Origin: Balanoglossus misakiensis
Taxonomy: Eukaryota; Animalia; Hemichordata
Reading direction: 5' to 3'
DNA length: 64,000 nt
NCBI GenBank assembly: GCA_040954595.2
Contig: CM082589.2
Coordinates: 11,420,894-11,484,893 of the forward strand
Below are positions 47,987 to 60,100 of the stretch, piece by piece; the first letter of the stretch is position 1, and every line of letters starts with the position of its first letter. The notes beneath the pieces were generated by a model that had not been told where the DNA came from, searched no databases, and was given only the letters and a program-made list of their open reading frames with translations. The position numbers and the translations under genes were made by a program.

Positions 47987-48865
47987 CATGTATTTGTGAT
48001 ATTTTACATGGTTAACCACGCCTTGAGAAAAGTAATTATAAGAGAACTTTGTTTCCAAAGTTAGGGGAGAATAATATAACGGGAGATGGGAGTACCTCAG
48101 GCTACTGAGCTCGTTCCCTTCCTCATGTACTTTACTGGGCGTATTTGATGTACTATAATAATTCCGGACAATAAATGAACGTAAATCAGATACGTTTCTC
48201 CGTGGATCACGGTTCTCGTCAGAGCCCGTTACCTCATCGCTACAGATTCCCCGATGCATGAACAATCATGAGAAACCAGCGGTAATACAAGTGTCACGAT
48301 TGAGTTTTAACGATCATAGATCTTGTTTATGATTACGTAAGAAGTCATTCACTTATATGGTTTTAGTCCAGTATTGACATTGGTACTTGACCCAGAGTAA
48401 ACAAGATTGTGTAATTGATACATGTCAGAACGAGATAGAGATATCACGCGCTAAGTTCATGTTTAAGAAATATCAAGATGACGTGTTCCTTTTATGACTT
48501 AATACTTGACTAACGTATTAATAAGGTGTGGTGAAATTTGAGATCACACATTTATCACCGGAGATCCGTGATGGGAGTCAACGAGCATGGATCGAGTCGT
48601 GTAATTCTTACGTGTGACCAGTAATAAACCAGAACTTTGTGTTACTCGGAAAACTTCTTGCAAGTCTCTGTCTACGAAAGGTTTACGATCTGCCGGGTAC
48701 CTCTCTCGGACTTTATGAATATGTTGGGTGGAGAAGGAGATGGAGAGAATGTACGCCGTCAGCTTTCGGACGTGGCTGATTCCCCACAGAAGCCGATGAG
48801 GTAAACGTCCGGAGGACGACCGGCCGTAACAACAAACTGCATGAATTAAAGTTCAACAATCCTTA

Positions 48866-49167
48866 GAAGACAGGAACGTCAGAGGTTGAATCTTGATGGG
48901 AAAAGGCGAGGTATCGCTGGTTATCATCGGCGTACTGATGAAATTGTAGGATGTGGGGACGAATCGGTTTACTATAAAGTGGGGCTATATAAATGGTGAA
49001 CAACAGAGGGGCAGTGGCACCCCGTATACGAGAGGTGACTGTGAACTTGCAGTGTTTTCGATGATTACAGTTTGATATCTATATTGAAGGTAAGATGTAA
49101 ACCATGTTAGTACTGTGTCTGAGATGCCAAGGTTCGATAGTCTACAAAGAAGTATCCCGTGATGCAA
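48866..49167 (-). pseudogene. L2/CR1-type LINE RT fragment, duplicate copy
   Basis: Same sequence as 46300-46601 at offset 2566. Confidence 0.85.
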
Positions 49168-51785
49168 ATGTACAACTGAAGAAAAAAGGAATCACAAATC
49201 TTAAAACTAAGATGCCGTTAAGAATTAAATTTCGCGAAAAGGAAGTGACGAAATACGTACATTTTCAGGTGCTCTACAACAAGTAGTCTCCCTATCATCC
49301 CTATTGGAGCATGCAGCTAAAATTTACCATGACGTCATTGATTCTACGCGAACGTTTTTCTAATGGCGATAAACATATTTTGTATAACTTGTGCTCAAAC
49401 GCCCGTGAATCTCACTCGCAAAAATTCACAAGTGGCGCATACAACACTAGGAAGAAAATTGTTTAGCAGTCTATAGAGTTTGTGACCTGAGATTTGGAAG
49501 TAAAAGTTAAACTTGAGACAGAAGTGATTGAAGAGTAAAGAAACTTTTGAAGTGTTAAGAAAGTTATCGCATTCCTGATGAAAAGAAAAGAAAATACAAT
49601 ACATTCATTGTTTTAAGGAACACAAGGAAGACAAGTACTATGCAATCAGAGTATGCATGGATCATTCATCTAAAAATATATCTCCGCGTCTTTTGGCGGG
49701 TAAAAATAAAATGCTGGAACGGTCTTTTGGATGGCGGACTATTTGTGTCCTTCTTGTCCTCAGAACGCAAGTGGTCGAGTAGGTTTATTTCATTAAATTC
49801 TTATATTCTCAGTTGCTACCATAAATACCCAGTGTTCGTGTCGATGTATCTGGACGTCAGCACGATTCCATATAGGTACCTCTCAGTATTAGCCAAGCGA
49901 GTTATCCCCATCGATAGAGTTTAATTCCCCGTTACATTCCCAACACCAATCCTCCCGCGTGACATTGAGGTTGAAGGTATACAAGCCTTAGGAATCATGC
50001 AACCATCCAGAAAGTGTAATAAATTTTGAAGCTATGATGTGAGTTTTCAGTTCGTTTCTTCTTTTGATTTGTTGATGTAACATTGTGCGTTTTAAATAAA
50101 AGATAAAAAAATGTACAGCAATGACGTCACAAAATTCACTGGTATTGATAAAGCTATATTATATCATATATTATATGTGTTAAATACTACCGTATCTCAT
50201 TATTGCAGTATTTCGTGCTTTAACACAAAATACGCGAATAGGGTTTAATACAAAACTAAATGACACAATTTCTGTTTCTTTGCCAAAATTCTTAATCACA
50301 AGATCAACCCATCCTTACGCCTCTACTCTATTGCTAAGAGAAACCAGCGTCCGTAACATGCATTGTGAAACCCCTCAACAACATGCATGTCAACACTTCA
50401 TTTTTTTCTCCAGCATTGTCAGTTTGGTACTCTGACAACTCACGGGGCATCATGGGACAATATTAAAGCTGATTCAGTGTTTATGTGCATAAAACACACG
50501 GCGGTGGAAACATTCGTTTTAAATTATTGTGGACGCGCGCACGCCCTTGTCTGTGTACAGGTACTTGATGCTTGTCTACAGTCACGTGAAACGCTGTTGG
50601 TAGTACCCTAGAAGATAGATATCTTTAATCAGAACTTTGGTAAGGAAGGTTTGAGAAGTCCATTCTATGTAAAGAAAGTTTAAGAAGTGTGTTACCAAAG
50701 GGTGTGGGGGTGGCTGGGGGGTCATCAATATATCACTCTGCATCACGTTCACAGAAAAGGTCGCGACACGCCCACAAATCCACTCACGACTTGCGTCACC
50801 GGTTACAGGAGTTCGTACAAAAGTGTGGTTTATGCACATTTACACTGAATCAGTTTTTTTGGCCCATGATGCCCATGGGCAAATACAGGCCACGATGCCT
50901 CCAGAATGATGATGGCAATGATGGTGATGATGATGATTGTGGTGGTGGTGGTGGTGGTGATTGAGCTTTAATTTCCCTTTCTTCCTGTCTAACCACTTCC
51001 TCTCTCACCTTCACTTATTCGGTCTCTCCCCTCCCCTTCTGTCAAAGTCCTCCCCTCATTCCCTTTCCATCCTGACATTCTCATTTCCGCCCTCTTGCTT
51101 TTCTTCTCCTTTCTCACATTCCTTTTCTCACCTCTCCCCCCCCCCCTCCGTAACATGTTATGTAATATATAAAGTAAAAAAGTCCAAAGCATGATGTTAT
51201 CACAGATGACATTTGGAATGTATTATTGTACTATCTGGTTTAATTTCAAACATAGTGGAGTTATTTATTGGCCAGTATTTAAGCATGTTTAAAGAAGTCA
51301 AACAGCATAATAGGCACATTTCATATCAAACAAAATTGATCAAATAAGCTCAAAAGAGGATTTGAACAATTTGTCCCTTTAAGTAATGTTCAATATTAGA
51401 TTTACACTTGTGATTGTATGTCATCTCCCTTTTGTTAGAAACCTCACAGTCATATAATAAACAGGTGACCTGACAATCATTTGAAATACCAAACTTCGGC
51501 AGCTATTCCAGTTTGGTCCAAAAACCTAATTTTAACTGGCACCTCAACTTTAGGACTATTATGGATGTTGCTGAAACTTCAAGTGGGCTGCTTGTGAAGA
51601 GGAAGACGTGGAGTGTCTCTCAGACAACGCTGCGCTCAGTCAGAGATAAAGTCAAAATATGGATTTGACTTGCAACAGTAATTTGTTAGTTAAGTCAAAT
51701 TCAACTTAAATCTGTCTCTTTGGGTCAGTCTTAACGGGTGTAGCATGCTGGAAGGGTGTGCTTACCCATTTCCGACACCTAGTAC

Positions 51786-52235
51786 CACAGGGGGCTGCAA
51801 ACATGAAAGTTATAAATGGCGAAGTACGTTCCATTCTGCGTTTTCCCAACCTGTCTTATCATTTGCTAATCCAGAATAAAAGCTATCCATTTCCCATTAA
51901 TCACCTGCTAACGACTTAATCTGTGTGCCCCATCCACGGATTAAGTTAATAAAGTAAACATCGGTCAGCGAGTACTGGGTATTCTCTTACCAAGTGAGAA
52001 CTGACCGATGTTTACTTAATCCACTAAATCCGTGGATGGGGCACACAGATTAAGTCGTTAGCAGGTGCTTAATGGGAAATGCAATAGTTTGTATTCTGGA
52101 TTAGCAACTGCTAAGACAGGTGGAGGTAACACAGAAAAATAAACAAGCGCAAAGACTGTTCATCAATTAATGTTTATTGGGGGAAAATGCAGGAACTCCG
52201 CCATTTATAACTTTCATGTTTGCAGCCCCCCTGTG
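51786..52235. mobile_element. Almost fully palindromic MITE, possibly P superfamily
   Basis: TIR CACAGGGGGCTGCAAACATGAAAGTTATAAATGGCG; inner arms also pair (acctgctaacgacttaatctgtgtgccccatccacggatt); flanks CTAGTAC / CGAGTAC. Confidence 0.8.
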
Positions 52236-53873
52236 CGAGTACTACCACTTAGCAGTGGTTCAAGATGATCCTGTTGAAATTGTAAGTTTTTTCTCTTATT
52301 TCTTTTTTGAACCTGGACCTGGTAATTAGCTTAGCTTTAGTAATATTGATTATTGGACCTGGTTTGATGTCTTATTATAACAACTACAGAAGAATCTCTG
52401 GACACAGTGAAATACACTCCAGGGTTATGGTAATGACTGACAAATTGTCAGTTTAAAAAAGTAGACAAAGAACTCAGTTAAATATTATAATAAAAATATG
52501 CTTTAATATAAGGAAAAGGTACAATTGATATACTTGTAATTAAAACTTAAATATAATGATGAAATTCTTCAACTGTTCTGTAGTTGCACCAGTATTTGTA
52601 TAAGCTAAAAATGTTGACTTCTGGCAGGACAACTCAAACAGATATTAAACTTATTTATAGTACTTCCACTTCATGACTTTGTTCAAAAATTTCCCAAACT
52701 TATTTCATTGTTGATGAGTTGTCACCTCCGAACAACACAAAAAGGAACAGTTTGTATAAAAAAGTAATTTTGCATGAATCTTAAACATACATGCACAAGT
52801 TGAGTGAATAACACAATATAATCATATTCTACAATGAATTACAATATCAAGATTAAGGGTTTCACATATGACATTACATTGCTACATTTTATATACATGA
52901 ATTTAATTTGAAAAATTTCCATTGATCTATAACACCATGAATAATATAAAAATATGCGAATAAATACTTTGAATTATTATATATACATGTCAGGTCTCAA
53001 AGTGAGTAACTATATTTCCATTCACCTATGAACTGGTTATTAACCAAATGAAATGATAGGATCTTTTATTTTGAGGATCTTATAATTGTGATCATACACA
53101 TCCATATTCCAAAATTCGCATGCCAAACAAATATCAGATTTATACGGCCAGTTGTAAAGACAGTACAAGGGGCAAAAAAATTGATAATAGTTAATCATCA
53201 TCTCCCTTCTTTTACAGTCTTGGAGAATGGTGACGGTTGAAGTCAAATTAAAGAAAAATATCAAGAAAAATATCAAAATTTGAAGCACTAATTCAGGAGG
53301 ATATATATCATCGGGAGGTAGTCACTGAATATATTGAGAGAAATAATTCATAATCTATGCATTTGGATGAAAAGACCTTCTACCTGATCAAGTTAAGGAT
53401 AAATGCTGCCTTGTATGAATACAGAAGCAAGTCAGCATGCAAAGGGAGAGCTGAATTGGTACACAGTTAAATTTGTCCTCCAAATTCAACAAAAATATGT
53501 TGTTGTTTAGGAATTCTCGTATTATCATATCTTTTTCATTACACAATACCTTATAATAAGTCATAACAAATTTTTAAGGAAAATTCTTTAAAATATGTAA
53601 AATATATAGCCTTATAACCAACATACTTTAAAGATGATTATTTATGATCATTTCATTCAGATGTTGCTAAGAGTGTAATAATAAAGATCTGTTTCACTCC
53701 AACCAATTTAATGTGCGCTTATCACAGTACTGTCGTCTGACAAAGCATAACTATTATTGTTATCATTTATGGGATTATACCAAGCTTATCACAGTACTGT
53801 GTCAACTCACAAAATGAAACCATTCTAGTTATCATTTGAATTATACCATACATGTACACACAGAGATGGCACA

Positions 53874-54138
53874 TTAGAAGTATCTGTCTCCGTGACTCTC
53901 ATGAAATAGTTCATTTCTACTCTTAAGAGGCCTTGGTCTCCATTCCTCACTTCCACTGGCACTACCACTGTCGCCACTATACATGGGATTGTAGTGATAG
54001 ATTTCTCTGAAGGCTTCCTCATCTTCCACACTTTTCCCTGCCTTGCTATCAACATCATCTGTATCATCAAACCAATGGATATCCATAGTTGCCTCTTGTT
54101 CTTCCCAGCCTGGATGTTTCTTTCCTCCAAGAGCACAC
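53874..54138 (-). CDS. Last exon, cytoplasmic tail
   Basis: CALGGKKHPGWEEQ..IYHYNPMYSG..HGDRYF*. Confidence 0.8.
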
Positions 54139-57100
54139 CTGAATGTCAAATAGTTGAACATCATCAATGTGGGATTTGTTGTGATGTTGTTACTACTGTA
54201 GAATAACGCAGGTGGTTGTTGGACACTTTGCGGTCTGGTCGCGTGACTTTGCCTTGTTAGCCGCCATGCATGTTGAACGCAAATTATACCATGATGCACT
54301 GCAGTTACCCTATACGCTAATAGGTCTATGCATGAACTCTTTGAATAAATTTGCTTCCACGATACAGATGTGATTATTTTTCACGTTGCCTCATGCATGT
54401 ATGGAAAGATACAGGTAAATTCCCAGTTTTCTGATGGGCAACATGTCTACAGCTGTCTCGATTCTACTCTGGTAGTACTAAATAACTTACCGTTGGTACA
54501 TGAGTAACATTATTACACCAAGCACTAACACAGCCGCTAAACCTCCCGCAACACCACCAATGATGACAGCTGTGTCAACGGAGGAATCTGTAAGAGTTTA
54601 AATATTTCTATTTGTCACGGGGGCGATATGCTACGATAAAAGCAAGAAAACCATTCATTATGATGCTTAACTATTGTAAAATGGTTAGTTGACCAAAAAT
54701 CTAGTTATACTGCAGATGTTGCAGTTTCACCATTTTCACAAATATTTTCAAGACAACGTAAACTGTAATCATGTAGATCAAACAAATGTGTAAACTTTAG
54801 TGAATATTGTTTTTCAATCTTGAGTTATTAAAAGACAAAGAAATGTATACACACCTTTAACTTGCATTGGTATTCTCTGGCGGCAAGTTTCACCTTGATA
54901 TTCATCAGTACATTCACAAACAGGATTGCCATCACTGTCCTTGATGCAAACAGCATTGTTTGAGCAGAACCCTTCACATTTATCTAGACACAAGAATAAA
55001 ATCACATCACATTATTCTACCTGACGAACCATTTGTATTAGACAAGAACTAAACCCACTTGCAGATTCATTTCTTACAAACGGAATGGAAGTTGTGTGCT
55101 GTCGAACATTGATTCACTATATATCCACATGTACCGGGTGAATAACATAAACAGTGTCTTGTATCAAACATAATTAATGGAAAAAAGGGCAGCAAGAGCT
55201 ATACTAAATCAACAGTAGTGTCTACGTTTTAGCTGTACATATTTCTGTTGACATTTCAGTTGTAGATAGTTACATACCTGTACAAGTTATTCCATCACCA
55301 GTGAAACCAGTTTTGCAAGTGCATTCATATCCTGGTACAAGATTCCTGCAAGTGGCATTTGGGTGACAGTCATCCAGACCAAGACGACATTCATGTGCAT
55401 CTAGAAAACAAAAATTCTTGCAATGTCTTTAACTGACCACCAAATAAAACTATGGGATCTTCATACATATCACCAGTTAAAGGTATACGGTCACCTATGG
55501 AAAATTAGCTATAGTTACCATGGCAAAAGGAGATCTAGCCAATCACAGATTTTCAGTGGGTGGCACATGCAAAAAAGAGCGCCACCATATGTTCTTTAGA
55601 ACTCTCATATACTCCATTTCAGCCATATATGGGCGTTTGTAAATTGGAGGTGACTGTATACCTTTAAGTTAGATGACTACCCAGATGCAGTGCATGGTTA
55701 TCACATTCCATAGCCTAACATGTAGAATTCTGAGAAAACAGTATTACAATATTGTTATTTCCGTGAAATTTTCAGAAAAGGTGTTAAAAGAGGAGCATTA
55801 TTAAATTATATAAAAATATTGGATCACACAACATATCAAATGATACTCTAAATAAAGAAGAAAATTTCTTATAATGAAGTGTTTGTGTCAGATTGAACAG
55901 TTAAGGTTGATCTCCACAAGCACTTCATGCATGTTATCAGTTCTATGATTATGAAAAATTTATTCCTACCATCACATTCTGTTTCATATAGGGCACCCTC
56001 TCTGCCTGTAGTGTAGCCAGTTGGGCATGGTTGACAAGCATCCTGGTTGAATTCAAAGTTATATGTTCCAACAGGGCATTTCTCACATCTATAGGACTCC
56101 TGATTCAAGTACCAACCAACATTGCAGTAAGCTGTTGATGGAATGGAAAAAGAGCATAGAATAAAATTGGAGGACTATCATTATTTTGAACAACTGAGGC
56201 ACAATAATACAACCTTCAGTTCAGTACAGTTGAGATACAACATGAAAAGTTGTATACATAATACTTACAAACATTACAATCTTCACTTAAGGTTGAACCG
56301 ACTGTTCTTGTGGTGAAGCCAAATGGGCACGGCATACAAGATGGCTGAAGTTCAGCATTTGATCGATAGGTTCCCATGGGACACGACTCACAAGACCCAT
56401 TGACACTAAGTTGGACTCCCACTGATTTACATACCTCTGTAATTGAGAAGATTAATTTTTTGATATTCACGATTATCTGCTTTTCACTCACGTGAATTTG
56501 TTAAACTGTTGAATATGTTACATATCTGGCGGTTCTAAAGTAAAAACCTACTCGGAAAAAAGTTTACTGGATGCCGAAATATTGCTTGCCTGTCACTTAC
56601 AAATGATAACGCCATGGGTACGTCACATGGCCAGATCATGTGATTGATAGTCAAGAATAGCAAATAACACAAGTACCTACCCTGACATTGTGACTCATCA
56701 GTAGCTCCTTCAACTAATGTAAGCATTCCCTTTGGGCAAGTATTACACACAAACTTTCCTTCTTCTGATTGCCAGAATCCAATGGGGCAGCTTTGGCACT
56801 GAGAAGTCCCGTTGTCAAAGTAGTGACCAACATCGCACCTCTCTGCAATAGACATCATTGTTGAAAAATTATTTTTTCAACCAAAGAGATGAACATTCCA
56901 ATTGTCATTCTTTCCATATTGGATCACACCACAATAATTTGATATATACGTCACAATTCCCGGCAAGGGGTATGGGGTTTTATCGGGCCAGTGGCATGAG
57001 TGAGGCTAGACGCTAGTTTTGGAATACGGCTAGATACTAGGCTATGGCTGTGGACGAGGAGGAGATATTGCCTTCTGTTATACATACCAAAACACTGCAA

Positions 57101-60100
57101 GATGGATAATGATCTCTTTCCCCTGGTGACTCCATTATTTGGACAGGCATTGCATGCTGTTTGTCCTTCAAGGGGTTGATAATATCCAATTGCACAAGGA
57201 TGGCACTGACTCAGCTCAGTGTCATGGTACGACCCTTCAGGACACAATACTGTGGAAATACAAAATGTTGAAGGCAGATGTATACATTGTTCATGTACTG
57301 ATCATTATGCATTAATGGTTTAAAACACAACTACAATTGTAACACACAGCATTCATTTTGGCCAGTTTTTCACTCTTGTGTCTACAAGTGGGATTGCAGT
57401 TGTGTGTGGTTGAATGTTGATTCACTATATATCCACATGTAGAATAACATTAACTGTGTCTTCTATCAAACATAATTAATGGAAAAAGGGCAGCGAGAAA
57501 GAGACTTTGTCCCTCCTTGGTATGAGCATATCAAATCAATTATTTCCTTATATCACCTCTTGGTTGGGTTGTATTTACCACTCACACTTGTCTTTAATTT
57601 GTACACTGCGACTCACAACCACACTCGCAGCAATACGGCCCACCTAACAGGTCATATCAGGCGATATAAACATATTAACATCTACACCTTTTTATAATAT
57701 TAATTTTGGACACAGTTTTAATCCTTTCACCACCATGGTTCAGTCCAAACCAATTGTTTTCTATGGTAAGGTTTGACCTCTATAGAGGAAACTGGGAGTG
57801 AAAGGGTTAAAGTACATAACAACTGAGGAGTATAGGCACTCACCACATTCTTCTCCAACAAGAACACTACCATTGGAACAGAATATTGTACTTTCAACTT
57901 GTAATGTCTCAGCGTCGACCGAATATTCAGCTGTATCAAAAGGACCATTCTTGACTGCATCTTCAATAACTACAACTGCAGCATCAGCAGAGCTAATGGA
58001 TAAAACAACAGGCAAAAAATTCTTACATATGCCACATTACAATACCAACCAGAAGTGTGTACTGTAAACTGAATTGTTTTCACGACAGGAAATTTTCGCG
58101 ATATTAAAAGAGGCGACTGTTACGTGAGGACGAATTTTCGAGTTCTCGTATTTCACTAACTGCATCATTATCTCCAAAAACATTTTACACAACTTTTTAT
58201 TTTAACGTTTTTTTGACCAGCACATGTTTTGCAGAAATTTACTGCTCGCGAAAATAACACGTTTTGCAGTATATTTCGAATGCATGAATCTTTAGAATAC
58301 AGGATGCCGCAACATGAAGGAAGGTGGGCAGAAATGATGGGGTTGCCAAAAACTGAAAATGTTTGAGTGTTAAGACACAAAATAATTTGTTTTCACTTGC
58401 ATGAATGGAATATTTTGCAATAATGCAAACACCAGCTGTATAGGGAATACAGAGCTGGTCCTCACACAGCCTGGGATCAGTACCCTAGACATGTCACCAA
58501 AGTCATTTCAATAGAACAGAAGGGGAATGAAATACTCGAAAAATAACAATTACTACTCACGCATTGGTTGTGAAACTGAACTGAACCACAAGCTGAGTAT
58601 CAGCCTGTCTCTTTCTTCGGTTTGAGGCGCCGCAGGTTATTTCAAGGTCATCAAAGTTGCATTCACCGCCACAAATACCAAACAAATCATTCAGATAGTT
58701 GATAGTGTTCATAAAACTGATCCTCAATTGCTGGATGACACCATTGTTACATGTACCAGCCTGTGAATTGTATGACACGCCACAATTCACTCCACGTTGA
58801 GTCTTCCCAGGAGCTGCAGTAGAACAATACAAACAAACAAATTTTGTTAAAGATGCAATTTTCAATCTAGCGAACGATGTATTGACTTAGACTGCGAAAC
58901 CGCTTAGCCAATCAGGAAAGTTACAGCTGCTTACCCAGAACAAAATATTAAGAAAATAGCTCAAATGTACTGGAGCTTTATATTGGGGTAAGCAGATATG
59001 ATGTTAACAAATTATCTACCTGTAATCACAACCTTGACATACTGTAAAGCAAGAATTTGCATTACTCATATTTCTCTTTTCATTTATAACTAAAAGAAAA
59101 TTGTCTCAATGCTGGAATACCCCCTCTCACAACTCTCTCTCTTTGGAGAATTTTCTGAATGTGCATGTGCAACCTGATTATATTTCTTTACTGATACCAA
59201 ATCATTTTTTTCTCACCTGAACATCCAGGGAAGGTGAATTCCTCGTCTGGATTCTCAGGATTAAAAGATCCTTCACTATGGCAGAGATAGTAAGGTGCTG
59301 GCAGGCTTGCAAACTTGTATCCTGGTAAACAATCCACCTGACAGAACACACCCGACTCAAACTCATTACAGATGGAAATACCTTTAACTGGTGGTGCTGG
59401 CTTTTCACAATCAAATGATGTAAAAGAAAGGAGAACACAGTTTATTTGTCTATATATATATTTTTAATTTTATTTCATCTATCATCCAACAGGCAAATAC
59501 TACCCAAATGTCTGTGTCTCATATATCATCCAACAGGCAAATACTACCCAAATGTCCAGGTCTAGGTAACGAACCCACAACCCTAGCCACTAGGGCACAA
59601 TGCCTCTTTTACCAGGTTCACACAGGGTAAAATTTGAGACACTATTTGCCAGTGCTAACCACAGAGCATTAATCCTTTGAGTCATGTTGTGTCCACACAC
59701 ACAAAGTTTATGTATGGGCGCTGAGGCTCGGCCCCATAGACAATGGGTTGCGGAGAGGTGTTAATCCTTACACCGGCTCAGGTCTGGCTGGCAGAGCCGT
59801 CTAAAATCTGAGACGTTTCAGGACCACTTACACCGTCCACACATGTTTTTTTAAGACAGTATCAATTCTGAGATGCTTCAGAACTGTCTTAATGGTGTAT
59901 GTGTGACACCCATATTTATTACACAGTCAAATCTTTTAAACAGAACACCAACACATTAACATGTTTCTATGTAAAAGGGACTAGGAAAAGCTGTTGGTTG
60001 AAGAGAGGTTTCCCGATTAGACAGGGTTTGTTTTAGACGGGTTTGAGTGTCCTTGTATGTTCTGAATGATGTTGTTATAATTTTTGATAGTTACATAGGG

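Larger units (their letters stand above)
44131..49262. repeat. 2566-bp direct tandem duplication (44131-46696 and 46697-49262)
   Basis: Identical ORFs at offset 2566 (45418/47984, 46419/48985); rare satellite variants (gacaca, tttgtggg, ctcataat) recur at the same offset. Confidence 0.95.
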
